Of a stretch of 64,000 nt of DNA, positions 13,147-24,640 are shown piece after piece. The stretch comes from Felis catus (lineage: Eukaryota), in NCBI RefSeq assembly GCF_018350175.1, contig NC_058369.1:27282001-27346000 (forward strand), in the 5' to 3' direction. The position numbers and the translations under genes are program-made. Each line of letters opens with the position of its first letter. The first letter of the stretch is position 1. Under the pieces are notes generated by a model, which did not search any database, was not told where the DNA came from, and was given only the letters and a program-made list of their open reading frames with translations.

Positions 13147-13901
13147 GGTAGCAGGTACAGGGACAAGTAGCCCCCATGTAAAGAATATGTTGACTGTTAA
13201 TCTTTGTTACCAACAACTGAGAACAGCATGTGTCAAAGACAACAATCCCTCTTCTCTTTGAGTTTGATGCCTATTCCTCAGACAGGGATTCTTCTAGCTT
13301 TATTACAAAGGCATTCAATGCAAAATGTGGGTGTAATGAAATCTCCCTGTGGCAAGCTCATAACAACTGTCCCTCCTATAAGTAGAGAGGCATAATTGTA
13401 TTTTCTTCCCTGACGATGAAGTTACTTGCATATTTTAAGTCCTGAAGTGAGAAAACAGAAAAGCAGAGTCTAAGAGGGATTTTGTTTTCTGTGGATAATA
13501 ATTTTACAAGACTGAAGGCAACATGAAGAGGAATGAAGTGAAGGGGGAAATATTAAGCAATATAAATTAAGCATAATTTGTCTTTAATTTTGGTTTTTAC
13601 TGAAGTCTATGCATGGAGCCCATCGTCTACTTGCAGGAAAAGAAAAAAAATTGTGTTTTTAACATTCTGCACAGTTGTTTAGCACCCAAAGCCATAGAGA
13701 ACTTTAATCCTTTAGTGAAGAGGGACTAACAATTGACAGTATAGTGTGTTTATGTGGGTTTCATCATGAAACAACAGAATCGTTGACCTATTGGTGTGAT
13801 GACTTGATAGTAATAAAGACATAATTAAGGGTAATCTTGCCTAGGGTTGACTGTTTAACAGCTTGTTTGTCTTATTTGGCTTATTATATTGAACCCAAAA
13901 C

Positions 13902-14156
13902 AGAGATATCAGACTAAATCATTAAAATTTATAACCACAACATAACACACAACATTGTAAGAGAGCCCTGTGTGCCCTGTTCCCTTATTTTAGCCATGAA
14001 GAGGAGACTGAAAGCCTATTTTATTTAAAAAAACTGGTCTTATTAAGACATGCCTTGGGAAAGTTAAAAGAATTTTTATCTGGTGTTAAACCAATGTAAA
14101 TGCAGTATGCAGAAGCAGATTCTGACATATTTAAAATGGGTGGTACTTTTTTTTTA

Positions 14157-14192
<36 letters not shown>

Positions 14193-14960
14193 CTTGAGAG
14201 CATGCAAGCAGGGAAGGGGCAGAGGGAGAGAGAGAATCTTAAGCAGGCTCCACACCCAGCTTGGAGCCTGATTCAGGGCTCGATCCCACAATCCGTGAGA
14301 TCATGACCTGAGCTGAAATCAAGAGTTGGATGCTTAGCCAACTGAGCCACTCAGGCACCTCAAATGGGTGGTACTTTTGCTAACAAAAGAAAGAAACCAG
14401 AACAATGGAATAGACTGTTGTTGCTGCAAAAAAGGCCTGGTCGCAGAGCCCCAGACTCAGTTAACATCCAGAGAAATCCAACACCAAATCCTCACCATTA
14501 TCTTCCAAGCTGTATTGTATTCCTTAATAAGTTACCAGAGGAGACTCATGGAATGATGCTATCAGCTGCTAAGTTCTCTGGTTTCAAGGAAATAGGTTTC
14601 CTACTTGGGAAACATGATATTGCTTTTATTGAATTTGAAAATGGTGCATGAGCTGGAGAGGCCAGGTGGGCTGTCTAAATTTTGCAAGATACTTAGGGTC
14701 ACTCCCCCCACTGCCATGAAGATCAGCAAGCCAAGAACTAATTTTTGGATATACTCCTTTTAAAGATTTAGTGTTTTCTTATAGTGGTTATTCCTCAAGC
14801 ATTTGGTCATGTCACTTTGCTGATTTGGGGCATGGGGGAATAAATATTTAGCATTTTTTGTGGAGAATTTAAAAATGATATTCTTTCGAGACTTTTAGTG
14901 TTGCTATTTTTGTCTCAGTCGACTTAGAAATGTGGAAGTCTTAATTTTGTACTATGAAAA
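13902..14960 (+). pseudogene. SNRPB2: Processed pseudogene of U2 snRNP protein B'' (SNRPB2), interrupted by a CanSINE
   Basis: Colinear, intronless match to SNRPB2: GATATCAGACTAAATCAT at 13905 (DIRLNH vs MDIRPNH; ATG mutated to AGA); QYAEADSDIFKMGGTF vs QYAKTDSDIISKMRGTF; IVFLNKLPEETHGMMLS vs ILFLNNLPEETNEMMLS; GFKEIG...GKHDIAFIEFENG vs GFKEVR...GRHDIAFVEFEND; AMKI..AKN-stop (TAA 14739-14741) vs AMKITYAKK-stop; 3'UTR-like sequence to about 14960. Multiple stops, frameshifts and deletions. Confidence 0.93.
14151..14361 (-). mobile_element. CanSINE inserted in the SNRPB2 pseudogene
   Basis: Poly-T tail, CanSINE body ending ...GAGCCACTCAGGCACCTC, perfect TSD AAATGGGTGGTACTTTT at 14134-14150 and 14362-14378. 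Confidence 0.95.
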
Positions 14961-16389
14961 TTGACTCGTAGTCTAAAACAGAGTACATACCCTGGTATTG
15001 CCATTATAAAATCAGCATCACTGTTTTCATAGCCTGTGAAAGAGAAAACAAACCTGTTGCAGGGTGTGGATGGGGGTAGGCAGAAGCAAAGAAAAGGGGG
15101 TTTTCCTACTTGGAAAGGTGAGCTCCAGAGGGCAATTTCTTGAGAATGGCATGTGGCCTCATCCCTCATGTCTCCTTTCCCAAAGCTGCCATTCATTTCA
15201 GAAGGGAAGAAGCAAAATAGGTGAAGAAATATAGAATGGTTCCAGGCTGGATTTTGATAATTCTTTTGTTATGTTTCCCAGTTCTGTGATGAAAGTTGAG
15301 ATGGCAGATCCCGTTGTCAAGCTGCTTGGATGGTGCTGCACTCAGGTGAATAAGTGTTATTTCTTTACATTTACTGATAGGAAACCAAGAACCCAGTCTC
15401 CTCAGAACTGGATGTAGGCTACCAAATAGTCCATGCTAAAGAATGGTTACTATTCGATTTATTCTGAAAAGCATACATGGGGAACATAGTTCTTAATTTG
15501 ACTTACTTGGTTTCACTCATTCCCTGGATGATAAATGTTCTGCTTATGGGATAATATTTTATGCTTTTGAAGGTTTGAATCATTGAGTTGTACTAAGTGT
15601 TGCAAGATGTATTACCTCTCAAAATTGTTCTGATATTAGTGTGATCTGGGTCTTTAATCTGGTGGTCTAGAATAGTTACATTGGTCCAAGATGCCAATCA
15701 CTGTCAGAAACATCGTATCATATTTGCTAGTGTACCATTAGCCATGCATTAGTGATATTAGGCTTTGTGATTTCCATTTAAATAGCATAAGATGCATTAG
15801 GAGCAGAATGTTACTGTTATCTTGTATTATACATATTCAGAATGGTGTTTGTTAAAAGGTGAGACATGTCACTTCTTGTCCTGCTTTCTGTTTTCATAAA
15901 TGATAATTGGTTGCAGATTTTCTGGTGATCTGAAAGCATTTTGCTTATGTTAATGTGAAATGGGATGTTGCTAATTTAGGGAAGGAAGAAAAAAGGAAGA
16001 GAAGTATGTCTTACTGAGAAAATAGAATTATGTCCTGGGGCTAAGCTTGGGCTGTCTTTCCTTGATCTGGAATTTTATTGTCTATACTTGGGGATTAGAG
16101 GTTACAGACTGGCTATGAAGCAGTTTAATTTAATTGTTGCCTAGATGGTGCAACTGATTTCCAAGAACCTATCCTCCTGTGTGTCCTGGATCCTTGGTTT
16201 GTGTTCTCAGTACCTTGGGCAGTCCCTCCATTAGCCTTGTACGGAATAATTGCCCTCAAACTGTGGTCTCAGATCCCTTACACTTACAAATTATTAAGGA
16301 TTTTAAAGGACTTTGGTTAAATATTTACTTTATTACAAATTAGTTATAAATATTAAATTTATGTATTTATTTTTAAAATAACAAACCTT

Positions 16390-16597
16390 GGGGTGCCTGA
16401 GTGGCTCAGTCAGTTAAGCTTCTGACTCTTGATTTCGGCTCAGGTTGTGATCTCACAGTTTGTAAATTCAAGCCCTGCATCGGGCTCTGTGCTGACAGGA
16501 TGGAGCCTGCTTGGAATTCTTTCTCTTCCTCTCTCTCTCTGATCCTCCCCTGCTCTCACTCTAAATAAGTAAGTAAGTAAGTTAAGTAAGTAAGTAA
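16390..16597 (+). mobile_element. CanSINE nested in Charlie1, tail converted to (TAAG)n
   Basis: GGGGTGCCTGAGTGGCTCAGTC head; AAACCTT on both flanks. Confidence 0.92.
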
Positions 16598-17581
16598 AAC
16601 CTTTACATAATAACTACATTTTTAAATGAACAATAGCTATGTTTTCCAAAACAAAAAGAAATTTGAAGAGTGATAATGTTTTTACAATTTTTCAAAACTT
16701 TTTAGTGTTTGGATTAATATAAGACAGATTCTTTTATCTGCCAATTGCGTTCATTCTGTTGTGGTAGGTTCACGAAGGTTGAGGTACATGAATAAAATCT
16801 GGTCTCACACAGATGTGTAGCTGCAAGAGAGATGAATATTTTAATGTCCTCTTTTAGATCATTATGGGTATTCTTCTTTGATAATACTCCTAAACTTGAC
16901 AAGTGGTAGTTTTTCCAAAGGTATTTGAAGTATGAAATCTGAAACCATATGAATTAATGTTTTATATTCTGTAAAATTAAAATCAGTTGGTCTTCCTTTT
17001 ATTTTGAAAGGGCCTTTTACTTCTGAAAGATTCTGTAATTTCATGTATTGATCATTTGGAAAATATTGGTGCAGTTCTGCCAAATGCTGACACATTTCAG
17101 TGTACAATATAAAAATATATCCACTAATCTCATGCTCCACATGATCAGAAAAATTTTTATGTAGTGGGAAGCTTTTAAGCTCACAGATAAAAATTTTTCC
17201 AAAAACGGTTAATTTTGCTTGGAAGCTCACATTTCATCATTGGCAACAAATAATGTAAGTTCTCCTTGAAATGACAGTTTCATGGTCTTTAATTTAGAAG
17301 AAAAAAAATGTCTCCCAAATACTCAAGTGTCACTACCATTGCGTGTCCGTTGTTCTTTCAAGTAAAAGTTGTGTTCTATTTAAGAAAGTGGTTAGTTCAG
17401 CTCTCTGCTCAACCACACAAGTGCTTTTCCTTGAGACAACTGTCCGATTTCAGTTAGCAACGAAAGTGGGTATGCAACCTTACCATTTTCTCATACAGAA
17501 TAGTAAAAAGACATGCATTCAAGAGCCAAGATTTAACAGAGTTAAAAATTTTTAACTCCCTTATCAAGTAACTTAAAAAGT

Positions 17582-17642
17582 TTTTTAAATGTTTATTTAT
17601 TTTTGAAGGAGAGAGAGACAGAGTGTGTGAGTGGGGGAGGGG

Positions 17643-17701
<59 letters not shown>

Positions 17702-17826
17702 TGAAGCAGGTTCCAGGCTCTGAGCTGTCAGCACAGAGCCTGACATGGGGCTTGAACTCACAAACTGCGAGATCATGACCTGCGCCAAAGTCGGATGCTC
17801 AACCAACTGAGCCACCAAGGCACCCC
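17582..17826 (-). mobile_element. CanSINE nested in Charlie1 with internal (CA)n expansion
   Basis: CanSINE body; TSD TCAAGTAACTT on both sides. Confidence 0.92.
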
Positions 17827-17900
17827 TCAAGTAACTTTTAAAAGGTCAACGCCTTGTCCTCCTCTTTTTTCTGTATTCCAGTGTGGAGGGAAGAGAGGGT

Positions 17901-17902
<2 letters not shown>

Positions 17903-17972
<70 letters not shown>
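17903..17972. repeat. Compound (TG)n(AG)n microsatellite
   Basis: Direct reading. Confidence 0.98.
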
Positions 17973-17974
<2 letters not shown>

Positions 17975-17998
17975 GTTGCCTTGATTTGTGCTAAACCA

Positions 17999-18192
17999 TT
18001 TATTATTTTTTTTTATATTTATTTATTTAGAGCATGAGGGCAGGAGAGAGTGAGGAGAGAGAGAATCCCAAGCAGGCTCTGCACTGTCAGCACAGAGCCT
18101 GAGGAGGGGCTGGAAGTCAAGAACTGTGAGATCATGACATGAGCTGAAATCAAGAATTTGGCAGTTAACCAACTGAGCCACCCAGGCACTCC
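17999..18192 (-). mobile_element. CanSINE nested in Charlie1
   Basis: T-rich tail, GAATCCCAAGCAGGCTCTGCACTGTCAGCACAGAGCC, head ...GAGCCACCCAGGCACTCC. Confidence 0.92.
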
Positions 18193-21100
18193 TAATCCAC
18201 TTAGTTTTACCACCATTACTTTCACATCATCAGTGTAAAAGGTTAAAAGGGTGAAAAAGGCAATAGTGTCTTAGGTTTATCACAAAAGGCAATAGTGTCT
18301 TAGGTTTATCACAACAATAGTCTTGACCTGTTGGCTTCCCCATGGGTTCTTTGGACAACCCCCACCCCCGCCCCCCCACCCCACCCCACCATCCTCCTTC
18401 CCCTGGGGTTCTGTGGGCCACACTTTGAGAATTGGTACTTTGTGGTAACATTTTGTTCTACAATGGTAATCCTTTGTGAAATTTTTTCCCCTTATTTTCT
18501 TTTATGATTAACTCTCTGAACTTAACTAAGTTATCAGCTGTACTGTGACTCCCATCCTAAGTGCTTTACCTGTGTGAAATATTTATCTTTAAGTGAATTG
18601 CTTAGCAGATGTTCCCACTGAAAAATAAGTTAAGGCAGAGATTCTCAGAGAAGAAAAATATTAAAGAGCATTGATCCAAACCTTTAGCGACTAGGTAATA
18701 TTATTGTGATCTAATCACAGTGGCAGAATGTTCCTCAGACGTCGAAACGAACAGCTCCATAATTTTCACAGTGTGCTATGTGACAGATGGCAAAAACTGT
18801 TTTGATTTTCCCCAATATCAGAGGAGCAGCAAGCGGAGCTTGTGCCTCCCACTTTACTCTCACTCTTTGTCATCTCTGGTCGGCCTGACAGTAGACCAAT
18901 TTTTACCTCTGTGATCTGTTCTCTGGATGACTATGTTTTCAATAGCTACTTAGTATAAAAATAAAATGTGCAGGTCCCATCAAATAAACTAATTAAGGCT
19001 TAGAAAGTGTCAAAATCCGAAAGCCAGGAGGAACAGATTAGACACTGGGTATAAGACACACAGACCTGACACCTAATGTGTTGCCATGGCAGCAGGAGAA
19101 TCAATATCCCTCAACTGGGCAGAGAGTTGACAGTAATTTTTGCTGGGTCAGAGAATTAGGAAAAGAGAGAACCACCTTCTGCTATGTAAAGAATTTCTCA
19201 TTTTTAACCAAAAGCTTCTGAAAGCTTTGTAAATTCCTGTTGTAAAATTGCAATCGAGTCTAGGAGAAGGTGATGTCCATGGTGTTGGAGAAGGCCCTTA
19301 CTATGTAAAAGACAAACTCTTGATGGCTGAATTTTCTTGAGATGTACCCACTATCTCTCTAAAAATCAGAATATGAAGACAGGTGTTTCTTATGCATACT
19401 GTTCTCTATAAGTAAGTGTTTAACATATGACTGAAAGCTGGCATGTGTTTTCTCTTTGTTCTGTTGATGATTAACCATAACAGGCAAAGAAGTTTTGCAT
19501 TTGATTTTCACTACTGTCTAGTCACATTGGAAATTAGTATTTTCCTGGATGTGGTGTTCACAAATGCTTTGACATTCCATCATAGCTACCAAAGAGATTA
19601 GATTAAACCTTACTTTGTGCTTTGTGGAAGTTTGTCATTTAGCAGAAAGAGAGCTTCAGTGTTAGCATTTATTTTTCCAAGTCTACTTCTCAGGCACAGC
19701 TGGTTTCTGAGTTAATTGGTGCATAATAACATCTGACCCTGTAGAACAAGATATTTCATATCAAACCCATTTAAAGAAAAATGGCTCTCCACAGAATGCA
19801 TAATGGAATGGATGATAAGTTGCAAATAGGGAACAAAAACATTTATTGTTACTCTTTTCCAAAACTTACTACTCTGGGAGTCCAAATGTTTGTTTCTTTT
19901 CCTTCATTTCTTCCTTTGACATAAACTTAATGAAACTATTTTGAAAAGTTAACCAAAAGTCAATATACAACTTAGTTTCATAAAGTCCTATATGTCTTCT
20001 CAGTAATAATTCCTGATGGCTCTCTATTAAGTGGCACAATGTGATTTATGGTGAAATCAAAATAGGGGCTGCAGTTTTGACACATGGGCATTAACAGAAA
20101 TGACATCCCTAACAAATTAGGCACCGGGAAATCTGCCTGATTGCCAGAGAACTATGCTCATTTTTGCCTTTTGCTGTAACTTACAGAAACAAACCTCATG
20201 ATGTAAATGCCTGTGGGTTATATTCCCAGTTGAGAGGCAGGTGACAGGCTTCAGTGGGGAAATGAGGAGAGGCAGAATTTTTGTTTGTTTGTTTCAGACA
20301 AAGGATTTCTGGCCTGGGGCGATCCAGCTGTAGCTGCTGTCAATATTGAGGCAATGAGCCTATTTTTCTAAATAGATCAAAAAAAGGAAATTCTGACTGT
20401 GATTCATTATATCAGAAAGAGAGGAGAAGGATGGGGGGAGGGGCAGAGGAGGGGGAGAGAGAGAGAGATACAGGCAAGGGTGATTATTAGAGCAGCCACT
20501 TTCAAGTAAGAAGTGCAAACTATATCTGGATCCACTTGCAAGACAGGAGCCTAAAGGAAAGAGAAGAGTAGTGTGATTCTCTGCTGTACAAGTGAGAGGA
20601 GCTTGTAGGATCTGTGTTTTTGGAGAGAGAGAACTGCAAAATCTCAAGAGCAACTGAATTCAGATCAAATTGATGCAGAACAGCCTTGGTTTCTCATTTG
20701 CCAATTATATCCTGTTGTACTTTTTTCCTTCCTTGGCATCCCATGATACTCTTTTAAGAGCAAATCTTCAGGGCTGGATGAAAGTGACACTGGTCAGTGG
20801 GACCTTCCGTGTCGTCCCTCCAATCTGAACTTTGCCTGGGTCTGTGGCTCTCCTGTTCTCTTGATGTTGACCCATCACTTGGGTCACTTTGAGAAACCTG
20901 AGTACATACACAGAAAAGTCCTTTTATTCTACAACTTACCTTTCTCCATCCATCTGCTTTTACTTCTTCAGTTGATAAATTAAGTACAACAAATTGGGGA
21001 AGAAAAGGAGAAAAATACGTAAATCTGAGTAACTGAACACAATGACTTCCTATGCTTTATTTATGTATTCAAAAGATATTTGTCAGCAAACAAACAACAA

Positions 21101-21621
21101 CAACAGCACAAAATATTTGCCAAGTGCGTACTCCATGCCAGTGCTGTGTCAGGACTCTGGAGATAAACATCACCTGGAATTGGCAAACACAGCCTCTACC
21201 TTCCAAGGCCACGACCCATTGAATCAATAAAGCACCTGTTCTGGTTCATGTCATTATTTTGGTTGAACAGACACTAGGGAATTCACTTAAGTTATTAACG
21301 ATTTTATTCATTTTAAAGATGTTTGAGTTTTGCGTGTATGCACACACAAAGTTTGAGTTTTGTGTGTATGAAATTGACAAAATGAATTAGAAAATATTAA
21401 CTTATTACAAATTTGGTCCAAATTATCTTGTTTCATAGCATAACCAGGAAAAATATTATGGTGGTTAATAATAATTTCTAGGTTGCAGAGACATGGCTGA
21501 GTAGCTCATGAAAACACCAAACTCCAGCTCCGGGTAGCTCCTTCTCTTCAAGTCAGATTAGCTCTTTGGGAATAATTGTGTGCCCTTATTGAGGGTGGGT
21601 AGGGGTTTGTCCTAAAATTAC

Positions 21622-21840
21622 ACTCTCCAATGTGGCAGCCCATAGCTACATTTGGCTATTGAAATGTAAACTTAAACTGATTTAAGCTGATTAAATGTAA
21701 TCACATTAAAAATTTAGTTCTCCATTCATGCTAGCCACAGTACAAGTACTCCATAGTCTCATGTAGCTAGTGGCTACCATACTGAGGAGAGAATATAGAG
21801 CATCTCCATCATTCCAGAAAGTCCTGTTGGATAGTGCTGT
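21622..21840. mobile_element. MER3-like hAT-Charlie MITE
   Basis: TAGCTACATTTGGCTATTGA...TAGCCACA...ATGTAGCTAGTGGCTACCATA...CAGAAAGTCCTGTTGGATAGTGCTG. Confidence 0.75.
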
Positions 21841-23647
21841 CTAGAATATATCCATTCAGCCAACCTTTCTTGGGATCTTGTATGGTATGCATTTTCCTGG
21901 TGAAGTTGAGATATAGTCTCTGCTCTCAGGGGCATGTGGCCCAATGAGGATGTGAGGCAATAGTTGAGATAAATTACTGATGGTGAGCAAAGGCTCTTTT
22001 AAGGAGCTGACATTTGAAATGAAATCTGGCATGAGGAGCCATGCCTGTGAAATCCAGAAAAATCATGTTTGGGGCACCAGAAACAACATAAGCAAAGCCC
22101 CAGAGGTGGGAAAGAACTAGGCTTTTCTGTTACTTCTCAAGTACAGAACTTTGAGTGATATGACAGTGATGGTGACTGTGCATGACATTCCCTTACCCCA
22201 GTCACTACCTGGATGCTTTCTGCACCTGGATGCTTTTTGACCCTATCTGGGCTCTCTGCCAATTCCTATTGTAACATTTTCTCAACTGTGACATTAGGTC
22301 TACTTCTCTGGTCTCAGATTGAAGCTGGGAGAAGTTGAAAAGAGTACATTTAGCTTTAATTAAAGATACATATGTTCCAGGGATGGACATGCTCTGATTG
22401 TGGTTAGTAATGAGCTGTGGAAGCTTCTCTGTATTAATGTGCATTACCATCTTTGTCTTCAAAATTTCTTCTCAATTCAGACCTTACTGAAGCCTCAGAG
22501 AACTTCTCTGAGAACTCTGAGTGCCCACCTTGGTTGAATACATCTTCGAAGTTCAGGGCATCACAGAGAGGGATGCTCACTTCCTCATGTGCCTCCTCTG
22601 AGAATTTACCAGAGCTTGCTGTGGAGGGGTACTTCCCCTTTAGCACATGCAACAGGCCACAGCTCACGTTGACGTTGGCTAATGGCCTATATTTAGAACT
22701 TCCTGTGATCTCCAGAAGCCTTGGGCTAGCTCTTGGACAAAGGGATGAAACATGCATTTGAGACTAGTAGCAAGACTCAGCAAAACCCCGGCAGTAACTA
22801 ATAATAAGAACAATCCTTGGAACATAGGTCTTAAACAATTAAATCTTTTTATTTTCAGTAGGTCACTCTGAGAAGTGGGCCTGCAACTGGTGCTTCCTGA
22901 GGAAATCATGTGGTGATGAAATTAACATAAAGATGTCAGTGTTGAAGATAGTGTAGTCCTTGTGAGAAAGTTCCCCACTTATCAAAAAAGATACCTGGAA
23001 ATGAAACCCCACCTGAGCAAGAAAATAGTCCCTGAGCATACTGCAAAGATTAGTCTTAGTCATTGTTCTTTTTGTCTTCCCAGATGCAGAATATCCATCT
23101 AACTACAAAGCATGCAAATAGAAAGGCAAAGAGGATTGCAAGTAATAGATGAACTGTACTACCTTCTATATTATACATCTCTAATAGCCAAAAACATTGT
23201 TTGTATTTAGGTGGACACTATTGCCTATATCAAATATAATTTTCAAAGGGAGAGAGTTAATCAAGTGTACTTGAAAGAGTGCTTTGTAAAACTGCAAACA
23301 ATTGTTATTAAAGATGACTCCATTCTTCTTAATAGAACACAACAAAAACCAGCCACACGAAAGTTTCTTCTCTAAAATGATAGCGCCATGTGTAAGATGG
23401 GTGTAGGTGGTCAGTTACTTTGAAGAAGGCTCTAGTTATGTTTATGAGCTGATGTCGGTTGATGGGTTTTCAGGGAAGAATTAATCCTACAAGTTCTTAA
23501 TAGAGTCTGGGGGAGATAGGTATAGAAAGGAATTACTTTGTGGAAGGTTTTATATTCCTGATATCTTTGTCAAATTGAGGAGAAAATGATGGAAGGGAAG
23601 ACTGATCAAAACAATTTGTTTGGGTTTGGTTCTTCTTTATAGGGAAA

Positions 23648-23650
<3 letters not shown>

Positions 23651-23680
<30 letters not shown>
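23651..23680. repeat. (TG)15 microsatellite
   Basis: Direct reading. Confidence 0.98.
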
Positions 23681-23682
<2 letters not shown>

Positions 23683-24640
23683 CGTGGGCTGCTCATTACT
23701 TGAGAATTGAAGGGTGTGAATAATGAGGTAGCTCCTGGCTATACAAACAATGTGACCCCACAAGAAATGAACTCTGTGTCCAGTTATTTTTCCTAGATGA
23801 TGCTAAGCATTTTCTTCCCTTCAATTTGATTCCTTTCATTGGACTGAATTGTATTGTGTTTGTGTTTATGTACAGAGGCTCAAGATCATGTATCTCAAAT
23901 TTATATATTTTTTATATATTATATATTTGTATATATTTACTTCGTGGATATGTGAAAAAAATCCTCATAGGTGATGAGATTACTATCATGGAAAAGGCAA
24001 CCAGAAGTGTGTTTTTATTCTGGGTAGACTAGGAAATTTTTTTCTGTGTGTTCACTGAGGACGTGTTTTATATGTACTTCAGTATATAGAAAGGTCCTGG
24101 CTCATAAGGAAACATAAAAATATGATACTGTCTTTGTTTAGTAGCTAGTAAAACCATCTGGAATTATTAATAATTTTGTGGTCCTGTGACTTCTCATCTA
24201 GAAATTTAGTGCTTTCCCTTTTACTGTGCCAACCCCAATCTGGCAAGTTACTAGTTTCAAGTAATACTTCTATAGAAATTTGAAGAGAAATAATATTTTC
24301 TGCATATTCAAAAGTGGACTTCTGAAATATAAAATGATAAACTTATTTGACTTCCTTTTTAAAAAATTGTCAATTTAGAGTGTTTTAGAATAACCTGCTT
24401 ATAAAACGCTTATATATATTTTCTACCGAAATTGCTTTACTCATTAGCCTCACAAAACAGTATAATATTAAATTGATTCTCATGGTAACTGAATCGGATT
24501 GCATATGAAGCCCAGACTTTATTTGGCCTAAATAAATCCCTATTAGTTTTTTATGAGTAGGTTTGGTTAATCTTCCTGCAACCAACAGGAAAAAGAAATG
24601 CACTTTGAAAAAAAAGCATTTTGGAGAAGGTCGAAAGGAT

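Larger units (their letters stand above)
16247..18437 (-). mobile_element. Charlie1(a)-type hAT DNA transposon fossil with both termini and C-terminal transposase remnants
   Basis: ORFs 16862-17230 and 16714-16902 (-) give hAT C-terminal motifs (LPLVKFRSIIKEEYP...IKIFISLAATHLCETRFYSCTST, cf. IKEEYP..A...LLPFPTTYLCE.GFS). Charlie-type ends: CTCAAACTGTGGTCTCAGATCCC near 16255 and GGCCACACTTTGAGAA near 18416-18431. About 1.4-1.5 kb after removing inserts. Confidence 0.85.

Noticed and set aside
15286..15377. Box C (GTGATGA) and box D (CTGA) at snoRNA-like spacing
   Set aside because: No proper terminal stem and no recognisable rRNA/snRNA guide; expected by chance in 64 kb.
16862..17230. Possible domesticated hAT transposase gene
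   Set aside because: Short, frameshifted, lacks the N-terminal region and lies in an element disrupted by SINEs.
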